20,000 nucleotides of DNA from Raillietiella orientalis (taxonomy: Eukaryota), in assembly GCA_036172245.1 (NCBI GenBank), contig JAYWIR010000025.1:3021570-3041569 (forward strand), written 5' to 3'. Under the pieces are notes generated by a model, which worked only from the letters and a program-made list of their open reading frames with translations, was not told the origin of the DNA and did not search any database. A program made the translations under genes and the position numbers. Below are positions 12,772-20,000 of the stretch, piece after piece; within the stretch, counting starts at the first letter, position 1, and every line of letters begins with the position of its first letter.

Positions 12772-13870
12772 AGATTCACATTTACCATATTATTTTTAAG
12801 TAGTCCGAAATATATTGTTAATGTAATCAGTACTTTACATTATGCATTTCCAATCATAAGCATGTATAGAACAAGGAACATTCTCAGGTTTTTTTTAAGG
12901 CATACTGCCACAATGGATTAACTTCTAGTACATAAAGTTAATTTTGAAAGGGAAATGAAATGAATGTCAACTTTGCAAAAGTCCTGTATCTGCTAATGTG
13001 TTAATGAACTCATTTTTCATTCATGTTTATTAAAGTCTTTTGTGTGGCTTTCACTGGTGATTGCTTATGCTTTTGTGAATTAATAATTTTCAGTTATAAC
13101 AAAACTTTCTGGAAATTGTGCTGTGTTACATAGAAAACCATGACCTTTGATATGCCCTCTTTCATGTGATGTGCATGAAAGAATTCTCTAAAATACAGGG
13201 ACACAGTTTGTTAAAGTCAAAGAATTATGCATGTCCACAAAAGTGTGCATGCAGTTTTATTAACATAATTTTGTTCTTCATGATATGCTTGTCCATTTAA
13301 CTAGCTATTTTCCATACACAAACGGTCACAGCCAGCAATGTGAAAAAAAAGTCACTCTAAAGAGATTTTGCATTTTTCAACTACTGAGAATTTTATTTTA
13401 ATTAAGCACTCATGTTGAAGATAAATTACAGAGTTGCTGTACATCACTATTGAACATTCATTTTGATTTCGTTTTTCTCATTTGCAACGGGAAAATCTGC
13501 TTTAGTGATTTCTTTTGTTAATTAGATCGCTTCTCGTTATTCAGGTGATTCTCGTTACTCAGTATTTTGTTGAAAGACAGATATCAAAAGTTGTTTGCAC
13601 AGAATATGAAACAGTTTCTATTTCTCATTTTGCTTATAAAGAGTGCTTATCTTTGCTTTTTGGCACCAGTGCAAAAAAGGAATTACGTGCTACAGAAGTC
13701 AAAGCAAAACTTGGAAGCATCTTGTTTTGAAATACCAAATTCTTGTTTTTGAAATAAAATAACGATGAAGACATTTCTAAAATAATGCATGTCCATTTTT
13801 CAAATCTCACTAAGATTCAATAATATTCTTATTTTATCAATATCAATGATTACTAATCAGGTACTAGAAA

Positions 13871-14028
13871 TCTTCAAATGGTATCTGTAAAATAAAGTAT
13901 ACATGAAGGCATTGGGATATGCAGAAACAATTCCAATTAATTAATAGTTCGTATGTGGTATGTATACTTTATTTTAAACATACCATTTCAAGAACTATTA
14001 ATTAATTGGAATTGTTTCCGCATATCCC
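13871..14028. repeat. Interleaved inverted repeats A-B-A'-B'
   Basis: A 13871-13904 vs A' 13960-13993: 31/34 reverse-complement match. B 13914-13950 vs B' 13992-14028: 36/37 match. Confidence 0.9.
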
Positions 14029-14392
14029 CATACTTTCCGCCTCCCAAGAAGACGTACAGAGAATTTCCATCTTTGCTGTAACTTGGATGATCACTTTTGG
14101 TGTGCTTCTACATGGAGTTTAGGCTCCCATCCTGAGAGGCGCGTCGTTCCGCCACCGACGAGGTGGTAAAGGGTAATCCAGCTTGAAGCCCATTTCGGCA
14201 AACCAAACTTACCACCACACCACAAGGCTATGCATCCCCAAGAGGTGCAACGTGCCTTGCGAGTCAACGACCCAATGGTGAGTTGCTCGTCCGCCTCACT
14301 ATCAAGCGCGGAGCAGGCGATGCACCTTTTCCGTTTTCCGTAACCAAAAGCAGATTTTGCGAGTGTGGAAGTGCGGACTTTGGAGGGCAGAA

Positions 14393-16011
14393 ATGCCTGA
14401 AGACTCCGCAACACCTGCGACGGGAGTCGTGACACCCACGTCTCCCTAACCCATGGAGATGGGGTCATGTCCCACCACAAAATCAGCCCCCGCCGCCCCG
14501 GCGAGGGCATGGAATAAAGTGGCCGCGGCGGCTCCGCCGGATGTGGCTGCAGAAGTGCAAGCCTACATTAAGGAAGGCTACAACCCTGCCCTGCTTTACA
14601 AGGTAGGGAATTTATACTCACCGCTAACTACGCGGAAATTTGGTAACGCCATCCGTAGGATGGGCATTACAGAGGAGGAGATTCTGTGCTTCTCGGTACG
14701 GAGCGGAGGGCAGTTCGCGGAGCTCATCTGCAGAGATGCAGTGCTCACACACAAACTGCTCTGCACGCCCGTTCCTTTCGAAGGGCGGAATCTCCTCCCA
14801 CACACGGTGGATCACTCGATAGTGATCCACCTAACCGGAACAACAGTGCGGATGAGCTACGAAGCCATCCGCACTGAAATTAACAAGTTCGCGGAGATTT
14901 ACGCGATGTGGAAGAAGCCCAACGCCTTCACATATAGAGGCGCATTTAGTGGGCGACTTGCCGCTCGCGTAACTCTCTGCGACAATGTTGAAATTCCCCA
15001 CAAGCTGGAGATTAATGACGAGCTCGTTGATCTCTGGCACATGGGGAAAGAAAAATGCTGCGGGCTGTGCAACACGTTTGGTCATCTCAAAAAGAGATGC
15101 CCGGACGCCACATGCCCAACGTGCGGCGCTAAGGGCCACACTAGCGTTGTGTACCCGAAAAACGCCAATACAACGCCGGAATCCCCGACAACAAAAGAGG
15201 GGAAGAAGGCAGAAAACCAAACAAAAAGCGACCAACAGCCAAACTCAGAAGAAGCCGAACAGAAGGAGCAGGAGACTCAAAAGGAGACTTCTGAAGCAAC
15301 TGTCGGCGAGGAGCCTGGAAATTAGTCGCAAACAAAAATACAAAAACTCAAACTTTCAATAATGAAAAGCCTAAAAACTCTACAATTCAGAAAGCGAGCA
15401 AACCGAAAAAAACCGCGAACGGCGCAAAAAAATTACGCCGCGCGAAATAATAAAGGAATGCCGCGTTAACATCGGGCGCGTTCCGTCGATCGATCGTCGA
15501 ACGCGACTCCCGCAACCGTCGCGAACGCCGCGGAACCGCCGCAGGAAACCTGCGAGAAAGATGCGTGCAGCAGCGACGAGAAAAACTTCGCGAAGACGGC
15601 GGAGGAACTCGCGGCCACCTTAATGCAGCCACCTAAGGCTGCAAAGAGAAGGCCGTGAGACGTCCGGAGGAAGCCAAAGGACCGGAAACTTCGGAGTCCG
15701 AGGCGGAAGCCGGAAACGCTCCCACCGTCGCCCTCTCCAAGAGGAAGGCTGGCCGGAAGTCCCGCAACCCCATGCGCGTCGCTCCCCCTCAGGCTGAGGA
15801 GGAGGAAATGCGCTCGGGTAGCGAGGAGGCGATGTCCGCCAGGTCGCGGGATCCCTCCTTGGAAACCGTCCGGTCCGATCTTCCGATCGACCTCAGTCCG
15901 GCTGCCGACGTTCCGGACGTTGCGGAAACGCCGTCCATGCAGGTGGACATCGACCAGCCGCCTCCCGAACAGGAGGCGGCTACACAATCGCCACCACCAT
16001 CATTAGCATGA
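14393..16011 (+). pseudogene. ORF1 (gag-like, 2 zinc knuckles) of U1, disrupted
   Basis: ATG 14393 (MPEDSA, homologous to U2 MPEDTA), in-frame TAA 14447-14449, ORF 14453-15325 with CGLCNTFGHLKKRC and degenerate CPTCGAKGHTSVVY, TAG at 15323-15325. Frameshifted segments homologous to U2 follow (REIIKECRVNIGRV, FAKTAEELAATL, AGRKSRNP) up to TGA 16009-16011. Confidence 0.85.
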
Positions 16012-16290
16012 TGCGTGGAATCGCCTCCTGCCGGCAGCTGCGTATAGCCTGTTGGAATGTCAACGGGCTGCGTAGCGAAAGCAAGAGGCGTTGCATGGCC
16101 GACACCCTGCGACCTTTCGACCTGGCACTTCTCCAAGAGGTTCACGCCCTCAGGAGAGGGAACGTCCAGGAGATCGAGAGGCTCACAGGGGGAAGGCTAC
16201 TTTGGCGATCCGGTGGAGACCACTCCCGCGGAGTGGCCTTCCTGCTGAAGCCAGCCGTCGCAAAGGCAGTGCGCAGTGTACAGTTCGACG
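16008..16290 (+). pseudogene. ORF2 N-terminal AP-endonuclease fragment of U1 (about 94 codons, truncated)
   Basis: MMRGIASCRQLRIACWNVNGLRS..DLALLQEVH..SRGVAFLLK..VQFD. Homology to the U2 endonuclease ends at 16290, where the minus-strand 3' end of R1 begins. Confidence 0.88.
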
Positions 16291-16960
16291 TTTTCACCCG
16301 GTCAAGCCGGGGCGTTTATTTAAAAACTAACAGTATTTGCAGTACAAGGCCCTGCTGCGGATAATAGTTCTATGGAGCTGTCTGGTGGTCAGTGCACAGA
16401 CCGACATAACACTCCACGTCAACGGATGGGGTTAGGGAAAAAACAAAAATAAAAAAAAATAAAAGGTAGAAACACTTGTCAATTGGAGGGCCGGGAAGGG
16501 ATCACTGCCCGTTGCGTGGAGCTTCCATCCTTTTCAGGATGCCGACGAGGTCCTGGTACAGATTTCCCAGCTGGGGCCATCGGGATGCTATCCGCAGAAA
16601 GCGAGCAGCAAACTCCATGGCGTCCCTTTCGTTAATATCCTCTGCTTCGTCGGATCCACTCCAAGCTGCCACGATACCGCGAACGCAGCAGAGAGCTGTG
16701 ATTACAGCGGCTGGCTGCATTGCGTCCCGCACGAAGAGGCGCCGAAAAACGTCTCTGGGAAGGCTACCTTCCAGGATCCCTAAGATGGAACCGAAACGTT
16801 CCCACAGAGGCCAGAGGGCTGCACAGTCTATTAGAAGGTGCGGGAGGGTTTCCCGCTCCCCACACCGGGCACAGTTTGGGTTTACACTTCCCCGTGTCGT
16901 TCTAGGGAGCGGACGTGGTTTGGCATCGCTCCACGGACTGGTTAGTGGGAAGCTTTTCGT
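16291..16960 (-). mobile_element. L1/Tx1-like 3' terminal fragment (R1): ORF2 C-terminal zinc-finger region, ~207-nt 3'UTR, AATAAA and A4 tail
   Basis: Minus strand reads EKLPTNQ (frameshift) ..PNCARCGERETLPHLLIDC..WPQLGN..RNGQ* (stop 16502-16504), matching the C-terminal CCHC/zf-RVT region of L1-clade ORF2. Then a U-rich UTR, AATAAA (16315-16320) and AAAA (16291-16294). Confidence 0.85.
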
Positions 16961-16993
16961 TGGTTGTCTGGTGTGTGGGAGCACCGGTGTCCC

Positions 16994-18711
16994 ATGGCAG
17001 AAATGCCTGAGGACACCGCGATGGAAGTTGGAGGAGGAGAAGCGACACGCTCTCCTCCACCAATGAAAGTGGGGGCATCCTCCCCCACGGAATCCGGAGC
17101 ACTTGCCCCCTCGGAATCGGGGGCAACCGCCCCTTCGCGACCCTCTTCGCCATTGGCGAGGAGTTGGAGTGACGTCGTTGCTGCACCATCCCCGGATGCA
17201 GTAGCGGAGCAGACTGCCTACAAGGACAGCGGCTACAAGCCGTCTCTGATCTATAAGGTAGGCAGTGTGTTTGATGAAAAAATTGCACGCTCCTTCGAAA
17301 TGGAGCTGCAAAGGCTGAACGTGAGGGAGGAAGACCTTTTAGGCCTATCCGTCCTTAGTGGGGGCCAGCGAGTTGAGCTGACATGCAAAGAGGCAAGTCT
17401 GGCGCAGCGACTGCTGAACACCCCTATTACGGTGGACGGCCGCAGGATCTTCCCTGTGACGGAGGACCGCTCCGTCGTGGTCCACCTCACAGGTGTATCA
17501 CTCCGAATGGACAAAACCAGCGTCCATGAGGAGTTGTCGAAGCATAGTAGTGTGCACGCGTATTGGGCCAAACCCAATGTCTTCCGAACGTACGGAAGGC
17601 TATTCAGTGGGATGGCCGCAGCCCGTGTCACCCTACCAGAGAATGGTGGGCTTCCCCACAAACTGAATATCGGCAAAGAAAAAGTCGATGTTTGGTACGT
17701 GGGTAAGCCCAAGTATTGTGGCCATTGCGATGCTACAGGGCATCTAAAAAAGCGGTGCCCTAACATCCAATGCCACTTATGTGGAAATAAGGGCCACATC
17801 CGTCAGGTGTGCCCAAGAAGAGAAATCCCGCCCCCATCCGCTGCAAAAAAGGCAAAGGGGAAACGCACGGGAGAGACGCATAAACAGAAACAGGCTGTAA
17901 ACACCCAGATGCCAGTCCCTAAGCCCTCACAGCAAACGTCGGTTGAGAACACTCCCGACGACGCTGGTGACGGCGAAGGCTGGCAGACGGTACAGCCACG
18001 AAGAAAACCCGGGAGTCCCGAACGAAACGCGGTGAAAACAAAAACGCAGCGCGAAAAACCGTGCCGCGAAAAGCTCCGCGCGTGTTCGGTAAAATTAGAA
18101 CGTGTGGAGGCACTCGATGCCGCCACCGGGGGAGCAATCCCCCCCCTCGCGTCCGCCGAAGCCGCGACGGTCGATGGCGAACCCTCTGGCGAAACAGAGG
18201 GGGAACCGCGCGCCGCGCTCGACGCGATCGAGGAGGCCGCCTTCCAGCAGGTGATGGAAGAACTCACGGCTGAACTGCAAGGCCGTGAAAAGAACTCGCG
18301 AAAAGGCTTGCGAAGGCCGGCCGCGAGGAAGGCTCCGGAGGCAGGTGAGGCCGATCCGGACGTCGAAAGTGCATCCTCTTCAGCGGAGGCGCCACCAAAG
18401 AAGACGGGACGTAAGTCTCAGAATCCCAGGAGGCGCATCCGGATCAATAAGGAGGCGGATGAATCGGCCCCGAGGGGGAAGCCGGCAGCGTGGGAGGCGA
18501 GGGTGGGAATATCTCATTCCCCGACACCGTGCAGCTAGCGACCCCCATGGAGGAGGATGTGCAGGTGGGTGAACCCCTACTTCCTCTGCAAGGCCCCGAC
18601 GACGAATCGTCCTCCATGGAGGAGGGAGAAGCGGTGCGCGACGCACCCCCTCCTCCTAGCGTCCCGCCCGACAAGGTGGCGGGAGCCCCATTGCCAATTT
18701 CCCAGGATTAA
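16994..18711 (+). CDS. ORF1 (gag-like nucleic-acid-binding protein, 2 CCHC zinc knuckles) of U2; apparent frameshift near 18480-18510
   Basis: Open from ATG 16994/17003 to TAG 18538, with knuckles CGHCDATGHLKKRC and CHLCGNKGHIRQVC and a long low-complexity tail. The shifted frame 18490-18711 matches the U1 ORF1 C-terminus and ends overlapping ORF2. Confidence 0.82.
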
Positions 18712-19563
18712 CACCTGGACTCGCCTGTCGCCGTAGGATACGCGTAGCCTGCTGGAACGTCAACGGGCTGCGCGATGACGGCAACAGGCGGGACATGGCC
18801 GACACCCTGCGTGACTTCGACCTGGCACTCCTGCAGAAGATCCACGTGATCACCGCGGAGAACGCCCAGGAGATCGAAAGGATCGCAGAGGGTCGTCTAT
18901 TTTGGCAATGCGGCGCTCGCAACACCTGTGGCGTCGCGTTTTTTATGAAGCTAGCAGTCGCTTCCTTCGTCAAGCACGTACGATTCGACAAGGACAGTCG
19001 GATCGGCCAGCTTATCCTTAGGTGGTCCGACTCGATCGACCTTGTCGTGACTAATGTGTACGCTCCGAGCGGAGGACGCGGGTACGGGGAACGTTCCCGG
19101 TTCCTCGAAACCCTGAAGCGCGACTGGCTGGCGGATACAAACGTACGCAAGGCACATCTGATCGGTGGGGATTTCAACATCCGCCTGCTCTCAGGTGTGC
19201 CTTGCAGGCAAAAAGACGCAACCAACGAGTTGTGCGCCGCTATGCGTACGCGCAACTGGCTGGGGGACCTACCGGAAATGGCCCAAAGCGTAGACCACGT
19301 CTTCCTTGACGCCGACCTGTGCCCACGGGTCGGCAGACGAGAGAAACTTCCGTCGACGCTATCGAACCACTTCCGGTTGATAATCGAAATTATGCCAAGC
19401 GACAAAGGACCACCATCCAGGGCGTGGCGTATGCCAGGGGACTGGACGCGCATCTCCGGTGCAGCGGAACATCTCCGTCAGTTCCTGAGAGGCGTCATCC
19501 TCCGCAACCTCGAAGACTGGGACCGCATGAAGGTCTCGGTCCGCGAGTTCTGCGAGGATTTCC
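18708..19563 (+). pseudogene. ORF2 AP-endonuclease domain of U2 (no stop; catalytic substitutions; interrupted before RT)
   Basis: RVACWNVNGLR, LLQKIH, CGVAFF, VTNVYAP, LIGGDFN, VDHVF, LSNH, AWR, WDRMKVSVREFC. Absent from the ORF track, probably because the frame has no stop before the window end. Confidence 0.88.
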
Positions 19564-19597
19564 CTTTGCACCGCCTGCCCCGGGGATTTGGTGTTGC

Positions 19598-20000
19598 CAC
19601 CCGGGTACGCCGGGGGCGTTTATTAATAAAAAACTCTACAATCGCGGTACCAGGCCCCGCTCACGGCCTTATGCACGGGACCTACCGGGACGCCGGGACG
19701 CAGCCCGGCGTGGCACTCCCCGGCAGGGAAAGGGGATGGGGAAAAACAAAAGTAAAAATAAAAACGCAAACAAACAAAAGAGGTTGGAGGGCAGGCAAGG
19801 GATCACTGTTCGCTGAGACGAGGGCCCATCCGTTGAAGGAAGCCCTCGAGGTCCATCCGTATGTTCCCCAGCTGGGGCCATCCAGCAACTCTCCGCAAGA
19901 AGCGTTGGGCATATTGGATGACATCCCTCGCGTGTTGACCCACTCCTTCCTTGTTGGTGTCGCTCCATGCCGCCACGATGCCTCGGACGCAGCACAAGGC
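19598..20000 (-). mobile_element. L1/Tx1-like 3' terminal fragment (R2): ORF2 C-terminus and ~205-nt 3'UTR, continues beyond window
   Basis: Minus strand LCCVRGIVAAWS..RFLRRVAGWPQLGN..SEQ* (stop 19803-19805), homologous to R1. The UTR shares CAGTGATCCCTT..GCCCTCCAA, a U-rich tract, AATAAA (19619-19624) and terminal CGCCCC..CCGGGTG. Confidence 0.85.

Larger units (their letters stand above)
14040..16290 (+). mobile_element. Non-LTR retrotransposon, L1/Tx1-like, 5' portion (U1): leader, ORF1 and truncated APE endonuclease
   Basis: GC/CpG-rich. Gag-like ORF1 with CCHC knuckles is followed by an overlapping ORF2 starting IACWNVNGLR..LLQEVH..RGVAFL, which breaks off at 16290. The left boundary is approximate (compositional shift). 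Confidence 0.85.
16961..19590 (+). mobile_element. Non-LTR retrotransposon, L1/Tx1-like, 5' portion (U2): ORF1, APE endonuclease and start of linker
   Basis: Paralogous to but clearly diverged from U1. ORF2 homology runs to WDRMKVSVREFCEDF (~19563), a Tx1/L1-like post-endonuclease motif. The right boundary lies between 19563 and 19597. Confidence 0.88.

Noticed and set aside
13531..13562. Short direct repeat ttctcgtta(t/c)tcag x2
   Set aside because: Only 14 nt in two copies; ordinary slippage duplication.
14091..14510. Minus-strand 139-aa ORF with CIAC, as a possible third inverted 3' fragment
   Set aside because: No LPTN, ET..HL..C or WPQLGN similarity to R1/R2, and no matching 3'UTR or AATAAA-hairpin end.
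14596..19816. Many overlapping alternative-frame and antisense ORFs in the GC-rich region, including the fused 16502-17311 and 16476-17066 ORFs
   Set aside because: Shadow ORFs of GC-rich retroelement coding sequence. The 269-aa ORF is a chance in-frame fusion of antisense ORF1 with the real ORF2 tail.
14040..20000. LTR retrotransposon, retrovirus, CRISPR or other prokaryotic system interpretation
   Set aside because: Knuckle ORFs are followed by APE endonuclease rather than protease/integrase. There are no LTRs and no repeat-spacer arrays, and host genes have spliceosomal introns.

Overview
Eukaryotic, most likely compact invertebrate-animal, genomic DNA in two very different parts. Bases 1-~13.9 kb are AT-rich and hold three closely spaced, co-oriented (+) multi-exon housekeeping genes with many 41-60 nt introns: the 3' part of a TAF1A (SL1/TAFI48)-like gene, XRCC3, and mitochondrial isoleucyl-tRNA synthetase (IARS2). 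At ~13.87-14.03 kb there is an interleaved inverted repeat (A-B-A'-B'), after which the sequence becomes abruptly GC/CpG-rich. From ~14.04 kb to the end is an array of L1/Tx1-clade non-LTR retrotransposon pieces in alternating orientation: (+) ORF1 plus truncated APE endonuclease (U1), (-) ORF2 C-terminus plus 3'UTR (R1), (+) ORF1 plus APE (U2), (-) ORF2 C-terminus plus 3'UTR (R2). No RT domain lies in the window. The best explanation is nested insertion of relatives into each other's ORF2, one of them 5'-inverted (twin-primed). All calls come from manual translation and recalled family motifs; no database search was run.
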